NCBI RefSeq assembly: GCF_023055435.1
Contig: NW_025963779.1
Span: 6,634,001-6,698,000, forward strand
Origin: Haliotis rufescens
Lineage: Eukaryota
Length of the DNA stretch: 64,000 nucleotides
Direction of reading: 5' to 3'
In this document: positions 8,946 to 20,247 of the stretch, one piece after another
Numbering within the stretch: position 1 is the first letter of the stretch
Layout of the letters: every line of letters starts with the position of its first letter
Position numbers and translations under genes: made by a program
Notes under the pieces: generated by a model
What the model was told of the DNA's origin: nothing
Seen by the model: the letters and a program-made list of their open reading frames with translations, nothing else
Database searches by the model: none

Positions 8946-11900
8946 CTCAATCATCACATTTAATACAGTGGAACTGTAGAGGACTTAGGAATAATTATAA
9001 CGATTTACAACTCTTAATTCAAGATTTTAAACCATCAGCGTTATGTTTACAAGAAACATACTACAAAGAAACCGACACATTTGATATACGAGGTTATTCC
9101 TCCTACAATGTATTTTCACCTCCTGGTGCTAAGGCCACTGGAGGCTCTTCAATCTTCATAAAACAAGGTGTTATCCATAGCCCCGTCCATCTTGCAACCC
9201 CCCTTCAAGCTGTTGCAGTCCGTGTGACTCTGCACATTGTGTTTACATTGTGCTCACTCTATATTCCACCATCTTCTTCTCTCCGACAGTCTGAACTTCA
9301 AGCTCTCTATGATCAACTCCCAAAGCCCTGTATTATCATGGGCGATTTAAATGGACACAATCCACTTTGGGGTAGTGTTCAGACTAATAACAAGGGAAAA
9401 CTTTTGGAAGATTTCATTTCCAGCAACGATTTTTGTATCCATAATGATGGTTCAAATACGTATCTGCATCCCGGTGCAGGTACCTACTCTGCTCTCGATT
9501 TGTCAGTAACAGATTCTGAATTATTAAACGAATTTGAATGGTCCGTCCATGAAGACCTCTGTGGAAGTGATCATTTCCCAACCATTTTAAAACCCGTCTT
9601 ACCTTCCGATGTTCCTCCTTCAACAAGATGGAACTTTTCTAAGGCTAACTGGCCTTTATTCGAAATACTTGCATCCAAAAAGTTACAACCTGATCTGTTT
9701 CTTGATGCTACTGACCCTGTACAATTATTTTCTGATGAATTAAACAAAATCGCTGATGACTGTATTCCTAAGTCCTCTACAAATCCTCACATTCGTAAAC
9801 CATGGTTTAACGATGACTGCAAACAAGCTAGGAAGGCACGGAAAAAGGCTGAACACTACTTCCGTCGCCATCCAATGGTACATAATTTGAATAAATTTAA
9901 AATTTTAAATGCTAAAGCCAGACGTACGTTTAAACAAAATAAACGCCAATCTTGGCAAAATTATGTTTCCAAGATAAATTCTCGTACGCCCATGTCTAAG
10001 GTATGGAACATGATCCAGAAAATTAAAGGTAAAGGTTCTAAATCTAGCATACATCACCTTAAAAATGGAGACGAACTATTGACTGATAAATCGGAAATTG
10101 CAAATAAACTTGGTGAAACATTAGCAAAACATTCTTCTTCCTCTAACTATGTGCCTAAATTCCAAAAATACCAAAAACTGCAAGAAACGAAAATCATAAA
10201 TTTTAAATCAAATAATGGGGAAGATTATAACGAAATATTTTCAATCCATGAGCTTCATACTGCTCTTGGACAAGCACACGATACTGCTACAGGAGCTGAT
10301 AATATACATTATCAACTCCTCAAACATTTACCAGACTCATGTTTAGAAACCCTTCTACTAATTTTTGATGAAATCTGGACATCAGGTGAATTTCCATCCT
10401 CATGGCGAGATGCTATAATTGTTCCAATACCTAAGCCAGGACGTGATCATACTGATCCTTCAAATTATCGTCCAATTTCATTGACCAGCTGCGTTTGCAA
10501 AACCATGGAACGCATGATCAATAATCGCCTAGTTTGGTACTTAGAAACCAATAACCTAATTACAAATATTCAATGTGGTTTCCGTAAAAATAGAAGTACA
10601 ATTGATCATTTAGTACGTTTAGAATCATTTGTTAAAAATGCCATCATAAACAAACAACATGCAGTGTCTATCTTTTTCGATCTCGAAAAAGCATATGACA
10701 CTACATGGAAACATGGTATTTTAAAGGACTTACACGATTTTGGATTGAGAGGCCGTTTGCCTCAATTTATATCCAAATTTTTAACTGACAGACAATTTCA
10801 AGTCCGCGTGGGCTCAACCCTGTCTGATCATTATAATCAGGATCAGGGTGTCCCACAAGGCAGTATCTTGTCTGTTACACTATTTAGTATTAAGATAAAT
10901 AGCCTGTCTAAGGTCTTAAATGATTCCATAGATGGGTCGCTTTTCGTGGATGATTTTAACATATCTTGTTGTGGTAAAAATATGCATTCAATTGAAAGAC
11001 AATTGCAGTTATGTCTTAATAAAATTCAAAGATGGTCACTTGAAAATGGCTTTAAATTTTCTAAAGCCAAGACAAATTGTATACATTTTTGTCGCAAATA
11101 TAAACCACATCCAGACCCTGTACTGTATTTGGATGGCACACCTATCAAAATTGTAAAGGAAGCCAAATTCCTGGGACTTATTTTTGATAGCCATTTGACA
11201 TTTAAACCCCATATCAAATACCTTAAAGCTAAATGCCTGAAGGCACTCAATGTGTTAAAAGTCGTTTCCAATTCAAAGTGGGGAGGTGATCAGAAGACCC
11301 TCCTCCAACTATATAGATCTCTCATACGTTCTAAACTGGATTATGGCTCCATCGTTTATGGGGGTGCTTGCAAAAGCAATCTAAAAATTCTGGATTCTAT
11401 ACATCACCAAGGACTACGGCTCTGCCTTGGCTCCTTCAGAACTTCTCCAATTAACAGTTTATATGTAGAGGCTGATGAACCATCACTAAAACTAAGACGT
11501 CTAAAATTATCTTTACAGTATATTACCAAATTATCTTCAAATCAGTCAAACCCTGCATATGATTGCGTTTTTCACCCCCTATATGAAGACCTCTACCCAA
11601 AGAAATCTTCTCTTATTCCCCCTCTTGGAATAAGGTTGAAAACTGCAATTTCTGATGCAAATTTACACCTTGAAAATATTTCTCCTTACCGCCTTTTGTC
11701 TTCACCTCCTTGGCAACTTATAAAGCCCGTAGTAGACCTGACACTCACACAACTAAAGAAATCACAAACTAATCCCCTAATTTATCAACAAGAATACCAT
11801 CAACTGAGAACTAAATATGATACATACAAATCTATTTTTACAGATGGATCCAAGGATGGTGACGCAGTTGCTAGCGCTACTGTCATTGGAACCAGAACAA

Positions 11901-12628
11901 TATCGTCCAGGTTGCCACATGACAGTTCAATTTTCACGGCAGAAGCACACGCCATCTTAACAGCTCTTAAATACATTCAAAATCAATCGAAGCATAAGAA
12001 GTTCATAATATTTTCAGACTCTCTTTCATGTCTTCAGGCTATTCACAATATGTCCAGCACACATCCACTTTTGCTCGAAATTGTCGAATTATACAATGAT
12101 CTAGCTACTGGCCAATACGACATCGTTTTCTGTTGGTTACCCAGCCATGTAGGAATCGTAGGTAACACAATGGCTGATGCTGCTGCAAAAGCAGCACTCA
12201 ACAAATCTGTGACACCACTTCTTCTACCCTACAGTGATTATAAACCTGTTGTTAGATGTTATATCAGAGATCTAATGCAGAAGAAGTGGGACACCCAAGT
12301 GGGTATAAATAAATTACATGAAATTAAACCAAATATCGGTTACACCTACTTGGGCTGTCAGTCCAGGTTTGAAGAGGTCATTATGCGACGATGTCGTATT
12401 GGCCATTCAAGATATACAAATGAATATCTTTTAAAAGGTGAGGATCCTCCATTTTGTATCCCTTGTGATGTGAGAATCACCGTCAAGCATGTCCTGCTTG
12501 ATTGTGTTGATTTTTCCATCACAAGGGATAAATATTTCAAAGTTTCATCCTTAAAGGATCTTTTTAGTATCAATGCTCGTTTAATTCTTGCTTTTTTAAA
12601 AGAAATTGAATTGTTACATAAATTTTGA
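8942..12628 (+). CDS. LINE ORF2: AP endonuclease + reverse transcriptase + RNase H + C-terminal zinc motif, 1228 aa, GTG start
   Basis: APE (QWNCRG, LQET, GDLNGHNPLWG, SDHFP); RT (YRPISLTS, DLEKAYD, GVPQGSILS, FVDD); RNase H (FTDGSK, AEAHAI, SDSLS, WLPSHVGIVGN); CIPC...HVLLDC. Confidence 0.95.
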   Translation: MTQSSHLIQWNCRGLRNNYNDLQLLIQDFKPSALCLQETYYKETDTFDIRGYSSYNVFSPPGAKATGGSSIFIKQGVIHSPVHLATPLQAVAVRVTLHIVFTLCSLYIPPSSSLRQSELQALYDQLPKPCIIMGDLNGHNPLWGSVQTNNKGKLLEDFISSNDFCIHNDGSNTYLHPGAGTYSALDLSVTDSELLNEFEWSVHEDLCGSDHFPTILKPVLPSDVPPSTRWNFSKANWPLFEILASKKLQPDLFLDATDPVQLFSDELNKIADDCIPKSSTNPHIRKPWFNDDCKQARKARKKAEHYFRRHPMVHNLNKFKILNAKARRTFKQNKRQSWQNYVSKINSRTPMSKVWNMIQKIKGKGSKSSIHHLKNGDELLTDKSEIANKLGETLAKHSSSSNYVPKFQKYQKLQETKIINFKSNNGEDYNEIFSIHELHTALGQAHDTATGADNIHYQLLKHLPDSCLETLLLIFDEIWTSGEFPSSWRDAIIVPIPKPGRDHTDPSNYRPISLTSCVCKTMERMINNRLVWYLETNNLITNIQCGFRKNRSTIDHLVRLESFVKNAIINKQHAVSIFFDLEKAYDTTWKHGILKDLHDFGLRGRLPQFISKFLTDRQFQVRVGSTLSDHYNQDQGVPQGSILSVTLFSIKINSLSKVLNDSIDGSLFVDDFNISCCGKNMHSIERQLQLCLNKIQRWSLENGFKFSKAKTNCIHFCRKYKPHPDPVLYLDGTPIKIVKEAKFLGLIFDSHLTFKPHIKYLKAKCLKALNVLKVVSNSKWGGDQKTLLQLYRSLIRSKLDYGSIVYGGACKSNLKILDSIHHQGLRLCLGSFRTSPINSLYVEADEPSLKLRRLKLSLQYITKLSSNQSNPAYDCVFHPLYEDLYPKKSSLIPPLGIRLKTAISDANLHLENISPYRLLSSPPWQLIKPVVDLTLTQLKKSQTNPLIYQQEYHQLRTKYDTYKSIFTDGSKDGDAVASATVIGTRTISSRLPHDSSIFTAEAHAILTALKYIQNQSKHKKFIIFSDSLSCLQAIHNMSSTHPLLLEIVELYNDLATGQYDIVFCWLPSHVGIVGNTMADAAAKAALNKSVTPLLLPYSDYKPVVRCYIRDLMQKKWDTQVGINKLHEIKPNIGYTYLGCQSRFEEVIMRRCRIGHSRYTNEYLLKGEDPPFCIPCDVRITVKHVLLDCVDFSITRDKYFKVSSLKDLFSINARLILAFLKEIELLHKF

Positions 12629-13450
12629 TTGATATGTTTTGTATATAATATAGTTTTTATAATTGGTAAAATAAAGTTGATGACTGAGATTGTTAGTGGC
12701 TGTATCCTTGAAGGGGGTTGAAGTAACGTAAAATTATTGTCCCCCAGAGAGGATATGTAAGACCACATCATTCAAAGTACATTTATTCTTGCCACAGTTT
12801 TAGACGTAGAATATTTGTTTATTTTAAGTGTTGGCTAAATTGCATATAATCACCAGCGGCTGAAGGGATGGTGTAAATCCTGCTGGGGAGTCGTGCAGGT
12901 AGCAAAAGTATTGTAAGTCCCCACAGTCCCCAGTACGGTGGCCTAACTTTGGTTGCTGGTGATCTATAGCCCATTTTTATATTGTATTGTTGATTGAAAA
13001 TGTATTCTTTTTAAAGCTCTCAACTAGTTTTAAAATCACAACTGTGATACTCTAGTTATTTTTACTGTCCTTCGATGACAGGTATTTACTCCATTCAAAT
13101 TTTTGTATTTTATGTCAGTTCTCGTCACGATATGGCTGAAATACTGCCGATGTGACGTTAAATATTAACTCACTCACTCACCTATTTTATTCAAGGAAAT
13201 CAAACAGATAAAGTTGCCTTTGCACCTTTCTTCGATCCAAATGCTTTACTTGTCTCCGAAAAGTCCATATGTTCGAAGTCAAAAGAACAAAGTATTATGT
13301 CCCATAACCAGTTTAGCCATCATTGCCAGCAACAGTTACTGCCAATCTTTTGACATCAATATTCTCAACAGTCCGAAGCATACATTTATTTAAGCAATTT
13401 CGGGGACAATATATTTTTGTTCTCTGACGTACACAAACTATCCGGTAATT

Positions 13451-13497
13451 GGGGTGGGGGTTGGGGGGGGGGGGGGGGGGGGGGGAACGGTGAGGGG
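13451..13497 (+). repeat. Poly-G / G-quadruplex-capable tract
   Basis: GGGGTGGGGGTT(G)~23AACGGTGAGGGG; other poly-G runs at ~42980-43000 and ~58163-58200. Confidence 0.7.
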
Positions 13498-15939
13498 ATG
13501 TTCTTTTCTTTCATTTTCGAATTAACTGCAACGTTCAATTTTACAGAATCGACTAAACATGAATGCCTATTTATGGCAAGGGATTTACCAACACACATAA
13601 TCTGAGACTGAGGTGGATGAAAATTATCTGATGGTTTGTGTCAGATGTCTGTGTCTTGTCAATGGGTATCACTGGCGGCGGCCTCCTGACATCAACAAAT
13701 ATATCAGCTCCGGCTCTGAGTAATTTCTCCGTCTGATTAGTAAATCCCTTATTCCCAAAGCTCAATGTGAAATCAATTGAAATGTAAAATAAACCAAATT
13801 GCCATCATTTAGGATTACTACATTTGAATAATTATCTTAAAGATATAGACGCATAGGTCAAGAGAAAAAGAAATCACTTTGATAGACATTGTTCCATGTC
13901 TTTGGAAATAATATCCTACCATGATTTGTATAGCGTGGTCGATTACAGTAATACAAAAAATTAATACACTGCAATTCGCATTATGAAATACTCTTTCCAA
14001 TAATTATTCAAAGAAAATATTTCTGTATTTGCATTAATCAACAATTGAAAGTCCTTTGGAAGTGTCAGATGCTTGGCACAGGACACAAATCATCTGTAAA
14101 GGTAGACAGAAACATTTTCTCAATATACTGTTTTCAATAAAGGAACGCCTGTAATAAACCATATCATCCATGTCGACGGGATATAAGTAAGATCTTGTTT
14201 TAGTGTCATCGCCTAGGCCAGTATCCCTTTTACTGTTTGAGAAAAGCTGGGAGCAAGAGATGTTCTGTACTTATAAAATTAACGGGTTAACACCGCTTTG
14301 AGCGGTATTCCAGTTATATCACAGCGTGTTAGCTTAATGTGGGAGGAAAGCCCGAAGCGATGCAGGTTTCATCAAAATTTTCAATTTTATAACCAATGGT
14401 ATCTGTTTCGGCAAATAATCGAGTTTTTCTTCTGGGGTTGACATTTTATATTCAGTGTAGTATTATCGAAAGATGTCTATCTACAAATGATCTGTTTTAT
14501 AAGAAGAGATATGTTGGAAACACTGTAAAGGGGGATAACATACCAGAACTACTCTATGAACAAGCAAAACAAGCCAAGACGTTACATAGGAACTTCAATT
14601 TACATAGAGAACAACATGTCAGTTTAAATGCTTGTCAAGTTTTCTTTTCTTGAAATCGGAAATACCTTTCCCTGTAGTTACCTTGAATATTACAAAAATA
14701 ATTCTACTTCAACTAGATAACTCATATACATCTTCAAAACATTTCAAAACAAGTCGACATCTTGGATATAACTCTAACTTTAACGAAAAACATGTTCCTG
14801 TGCTGGCTTACATTGCATTTAATGTGTATTTTTCTATTTTGTTGTAGCTGGGGACATATACAACATGTGTGATACGTACAACATAGTGTTTAGAATATCA
14901 CTACTTTTGTCGCAAGTGGAATTAAACTTTGTCACAAACGGCATCAACTACCCGATGAAGAACATTTTCATACGTGATCGTCTCAACTGACTTGCAAACC
15001 AAAGTCAAATGGTGTGGAGGTTTTATCCAAGAAAAATATCGGGCAGAAGCCAGTGATTGATATGTGCAACATCCACGCACTCAGGGATCGAAGCCTCTTT
15101 TTGTGACAAGCATTAAGTTGTTGGGTGGGGCCTTGTTCTAACCCGTAATCGCCGAGGGGTATATGCACGTAGCTTACAGAAAATGACCCTTTTGGAAGTT
15201 TATGGAAATGCACGAGCTTTTAAACTGCTAATATAAAATTGACTCATAGTAAACAGTTTACATTAGAACTTAAGAACAAAACAGACGATTAAAAATAATG
15301 TTATATGAAAATATAAGGAAAGTCATCAACAAGACATCATTTAAAGATCTATCAAGCACAAAGATAAGACGGTTTTATCCTTTTCGTGAAGACCTGGTGT
15401 CTTCATTTATTTTCGGTGACCAATTCATATAATTTTCATTACTTTTTCCTTATTTATGTCCACTGGTATCTGTTTCGGCAAATAATCGAGATTTGTTTCT
15501 GGGGTTGACATTTTATGTACATTGTTGTACTATAGAAAGATGTCTTTCGACAAATGATCTGTTTTATAAGAAGAGATATGTTGGAAACACTGTAAAGGAG
15601 AATAACAATACAAGAACTACTCTATGAATGCACAAAAAGACAATAAGGAATAAACTGGATTAACTAAAGGTAAATACATTAATAAAAAAGATACGCATGT
15701 TTGGATATCAAGAAAGAAGGAACGATGTGTTAACCCCTTGTCACAATTTCGAAAATTGTATTTTTCATAGACAATTATTGGATATTCTATCCACTTATTT
15801 AGATAACGAGAAATATTTATGGCTATCCAATAGCTGTTTTTTCTTAAAACGTCATACATTTATAAGTTTTCATAATTTATTCAAATTCTATAAAATAGGC
15901 GCAAAACTGAATATGATTCGTGCATAAAGTACTCCATGA

Positions 15940-16218
15940 GTGAGTGAGTAAGTGAGTTGGGTTTACCGCCGCTAGTATTCCAGTATTATCGCGGCGTGTC
16001 AGCTTAATGCGGGAGGAAAGACCGAAGTGATGCAGGTCTCAGACGTTTACCACTTCGGTGAAACCAACGAGCACTGGTATGGTGCTGACAAACCTAGAAA
16101 CATAATCGGGGCGAACCGGTATTCGAACCCACAATCATAGGTTTGTGGCGTGCCCAAGTGATGCAACTCTGCACAGCGAATCGCGGCGCCTTAGACGACT
16201 GGGCCACCCGTGATCCCC
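15940..16218 (-). mobile_element. tRNA-derived SINE (family A) with 12-bp TSD
   Basis: Minus-strand A box GGTGGCCCAGTCGTCTAAGGCGC and B box GGTTCGAATACC; (ACTC)n tail; TSD AGTACTCCATGA at 15928-15939 and 16219-16230. Confidence 0.88.
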
Positions 16219-16732
16219 AGTACTCCATGAAGACAAATTGCTTCCACATACAAGTTACATGAATACTTCTCAGTTCAGACAACGAATAATATACAATCTC
16301 AGGCAATGCGTATTGTAATATCTCCAAATGGTGATACCTGCATTGTCATCATCGCTGCATCGATATATTTCATTTCAGCTGATAAAGAGAGTTCAACAGA
16401 CAAAGGAATTGTAGTTCTCTGAATTATTTACTTATATTGTGATACATAGGTTATCATGGAACAGAAGGACACCGATCTGCAATATGTAAGTAACAGTTCC
16501 CTTAACGAACTTTCATTGGTGTACCATCTGCAACTCTGCCTTGAGCTATGATTAAATTAATCAAATGTTTCCAATCAGTGACGCAATACGTAAGTATGAT
16601 ATACACCTGTTGATGACGTGACAACAGTGTTTCTGCCATGTATAAATGTTACAGATGGCTCTCTCAGCATCATTGAAGTCTCGAGGAGTCTCACAGTCCG
16701 GATCATCACGCCGTTACGACTACCTAACTACC

Positions 16733-17476
16733 ATGAACGTCCCTCTCATTCTGGCCGCTGTTCTGGCTGTCTCCCATGCTCGAGACTGTGGACACACAAC
16801 GGAAACCCCAACGTCCAACCCCACTGAAGCCCCGACTACACTACAAATACCTACAACATGGCCTGAAGGATCCTTTGCTCTGCCTCAGACCAACGATGGT
16901 TGTCCTGGTAGTGAGTGGAAGGATGGAGCTTTCTATCAAGACACTGAAGATTATTACAACGGAAATACCTGGAACACCACCAATATGAGCGGCATTAAGA
17001 AGAAAGACGGTTATTTAAATACTTACTGCATCATGGAGGGCACCACTGCCAGATCTGGGAGTTGGCCGGCCGGTACCTACTGCATCTTGAGGAAGAACGG
17101 CGTCTGCCCAGGAAGTTTCCAGGAAGGTTCCCTTCTTTGGGATGATGAGAACAACTACAACATGAACCATGTCTCAGACCAGAGCATCCTCCCCGATGGT
17201 GAGTTCAACAAAGACACCAAGCTGTTTTATTGTTGCCGAGAGGATGCTTCTCCAGCTCAAGAGATAGCCTTGCCAACATCTGCCCCCTTCTACCTCCTGA
17301 TGAAGACAGGCGTGTGTCAGAGCGTCGCTGGGATGTCGGTGACAGTGGAGACGATGTTTTGGGATGATGAAGACACCAACAACCACAATGCCAGAGAAGG
17401 ATCCACTCCCTTTCAAACTGGAAGTCCTGCCAACATTCATCTCAACTACTGCTACTACTCTCCTACAACACTGTAA
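16733..17476 (+). CDS. Apextrin-like ApeC protein, copy 2
   Basis: ~98% identical to copy 1; private changes L4P, Y15H, CPGGF>CPGSF and QST>QSI. Confidence 0.9.
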   Translation: MNVPLILAAVLAVSHARDCGHTTETPTSNPTEAPTTLQIPTTWPEGSFALPQTNDGCPGSEWKDGAFYQDTEDYYNGNTWNTTNMSGIKKKDGYLNTYCIMEGTTARSGSWPAGTYCILRKNGVCPGSFQEGSLLWDDENNYNMNHVSDQSILPDGEFNKDTKLFYCCREDASPAQEIALPTSAPFYLLMKTGVCQSVAGMSVTVETMFWDDEDTNNHNAREGSTPFQTGSPANIHLNYCYYSPTTL

Positions 17477-19404
17477 ATTGTTCAAGAATATAATCAAAAG
17501 GCTTCAGAGAGGTGTATTCTGCACTGTAATAAATGATATATTTTTCAAGAACTGTGTTGTTACATTTATGCGCTTTCTAGGTACACATACTCCTATTTTA
17601 TTCAAGGAAATCAAACAGATAAAGTTGCCTTTGCACCTTTCTTCGATCCAAATGCTTTACTTGTCTCCGAATAGTCCATATGTCCATATGGGTGGGGGCT
17701 TGTGAGGGGATGTTCTTTTGTTTCATTTTCGAATTAGCTCCAACGTTCAATTTCAGAGATTGGACTAAACATGAATGCCTATTTATGACAAGGGATTTAC
17801 CAATACACAATATCTGAGACTGAGGTGGATGAAAATATTTGATGGTTTGTGTCAGATGTCTGTGTCTTGTCAATGGGTATCACTGGCGGCAGCCTCCTGA
17901 CATCGACAAATATATCAGCTCCGGCTCTGAGTAATTTCCCCGTCTGATTAGTAAATCCCTTATTCCCAAGGCTCAATGTGAAATCAATCGAAATGTAGAA
18001 CAAACCAAATTGCCATCATTTAAGATTACTACATTTGAATAATTATATTAAAGATATAGACCAATAGGTCAAGAGCAAAAGAAATCACTTTGATAGACAT
18101 TGTTCCATGTCTTTGGAAAGAATATCCTACCATGATTTGTATATCATGGTCGATTACAGAAATACAGAATTTGACAACAATTAATACACTGCAAATCGCA
18201 TTATGAAATACTATTTCTAATAATTATTCAAAGAAAATATTTCTGTATTTGCATTAATCAACAATTGAAAGTCCTTTGGAAGTGTCAGATGCTTGGCACA
18301 AGAGACAGATCATCTGTAAAGGAAGACAGAAACATTTTCTCAATATACTGTTTTCATTAAAGAAACGCCTGTAATAAACCATATTATCCATGTCGACGGG
18401 ATATAAGTAAGGTCTTGTTTTAGTGTCAACGCCTAGGCCAGTATCCCTTTTACTGTTTGAGAAAAGCTGGGAGCAAGAGATGTTCTGTACTTATAAAATT
18501 AACGGGTTAACACCGTTTTGAGCGGTATTCAAGTTATATCACGGCGTGTTAGCTTAATGTTGGAGGAAAGCCCGAAGCGATGCAGGTTTCATCACAATTT
18601 TCAATTTTATGTCCAATGGTATCTGTTTCGGCAAATAATCGAGATTTTCTTCTGGGGTTGACATTTTATATTCAGTGTAGTATTATCGAAAGATGTCTAT
18701 CTACAAATGATCTGTTTTATAAGAAGAGATATGTTGGAAACACTGTAAAGGAGGATAACAATACCAGAACTACTCTATGAACAAGCAAAACAAGCCAAGA
18801 CGTTACATAGGAACTTCAATTTACATAGAGAACAACATGTCAGTTTAAATGCTTGTCAAATTTTCTATTCTTGAAATAGAAATTAAAATCGGAAATACCT
18901 TTCCCTGTAGTTACCTTGAATATTACCAAAACAATTCTACTTCAACAAGATAACTCATATACATCTTCAAAACATTTCAAAACAAGTTGACAACTTGGAT
19001 ATAACACTAACTTTAACGAAAAACATGGTCCTGTGCTTGCTTACATTGCATTTAATGTGTATTATGCTATTTTGTTGTAGCTGGGGACATATACAACATG
19101 TGTGATTCATACAACACAGTGTTTAGAATCTCACTACTTTTGTCACAAGTGGAATTAAACTTTGTCACAAACGACATCAACTACCAGATGAAGAACATTT
19201 TCATACATGACCGTCTCAACTGACTTGCAAACCGAAGTCAAATGGTGTAGAGGTTTTATCCAAGAAAAATATCGGGCAGAAGCCAGTGATTGATATGTGC
19301 AACATCCACGCAGTCGGGGATCGAAGCCTCTTTCTGTGCCAAGCATTAAGTTGTTGGATGGGGCCTTGTTCTAACTTGTAATCACCGAGGGGTATATGCA
19401 CGTA

Positions 19405-20084
19405 TGTAATAACTTGAAGTCTTTCTTTCTTAAATGATGATTTCTTTATTCTTTCCTGTTTTGCATTCTTTCTTTTCCTCACATTCTTTTCTTTCCTTTT
19501 AGATAAATGTCTTTCTTTTCTTAACTAGAATCTAATTATTTTCAGATTGACTGAAATACAAATAAATAAACAATAATTACTATTTTGATCAAATGATGCA
19601 TTAATGCATATAATCATAATGACATTATAAATGAATTAACCTAATAAAATTGACTACCTTTCAGTGACATGAAATACTATGCAAAATGTAAACAAACGAT
19701 GAAAAACACTTCATGACTAAATAACTGCTCTAAAACATTTATACACATGTAGATAATGATAAAATAATATATATGACAAAATTTGGCAAACTCACCATTG
19801 TTTTTAGACTCTTTTATCCTGAAAACCTTTTCTCATTTCTTTCATTCTCTCATGCATGCTGCATGCTTTTTAGGGCCACATGGAAGATAATACACGATAC
19901 TAAGCAGTTATGCCCCTTGGCATATTATGATGAGTAAACATAAATTTGAATGGAAAAGAAATTAAATATGAATTAATACTTGCCAAAAACGAAATATGAT
20001 TTATATTTGAATACTTTGATAACAAACAAAGGAAATATGATTCTGAACTTTGAAAATAATAACTTAACAATTTTGACACTTACA
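19405..20084 (-). repeat. 3' LTR of BEL/Pao element
   Basis: TGTAATAAC...CACTTACA; about 9 differences (by eye) from 25672-26351. Confidence 0.93.
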
Positions 20085-20247
20085 CACCGGCCTCCTAATT
20101 GTAGAATGAAATGAAACAATTATCTTAACTAAGAAACAATTACCCACAAACACTCCTAAATAAACACTTAATTGTCAATATTCATGTGTTTACACTTTTA
20201 CTTAGCACATCCTTTTGAAATTTCTGTTATGTTTGTATACAGCTCTA

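Larger units (their letters stand above)
6984..13180 (+). mobile_element. Full-length, apparently intact I-group (Nimb/Ingi/I-like) non-LTR retrotransposon, 6197 bp
   Basis: 13-bp TSD CCTATTTTATTCA at 6971-6983 and 13181-13193; empty site visible in sister units (e.g. 17592-17604); two intact ORFs; (ACTC)n 3' tail. Confidence 0.95.

Noticed and set aside
14396-15927. Short ORFs recurring in every spacer (MVSVSANNR..., MHIPLGDY...)
   Set aside because: Starts, stops and frames vary between units; non-coding repeat-derived sequence
15940-16218. tRNA gene calls at A/B-box sequences
   Set aside because: No cloverleaf; they carry LINE-like tails and TSDs, so they are SINE heads
16646-16732. 29-aa N-terminal extension in the 276-aa ORF calls (also at 27833 and 31370)
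   Set aside because: The upstream ATG overlaps the TATA box (TATAAATG), is out of frame in copies 1 and 5, and would bury the signal peptide
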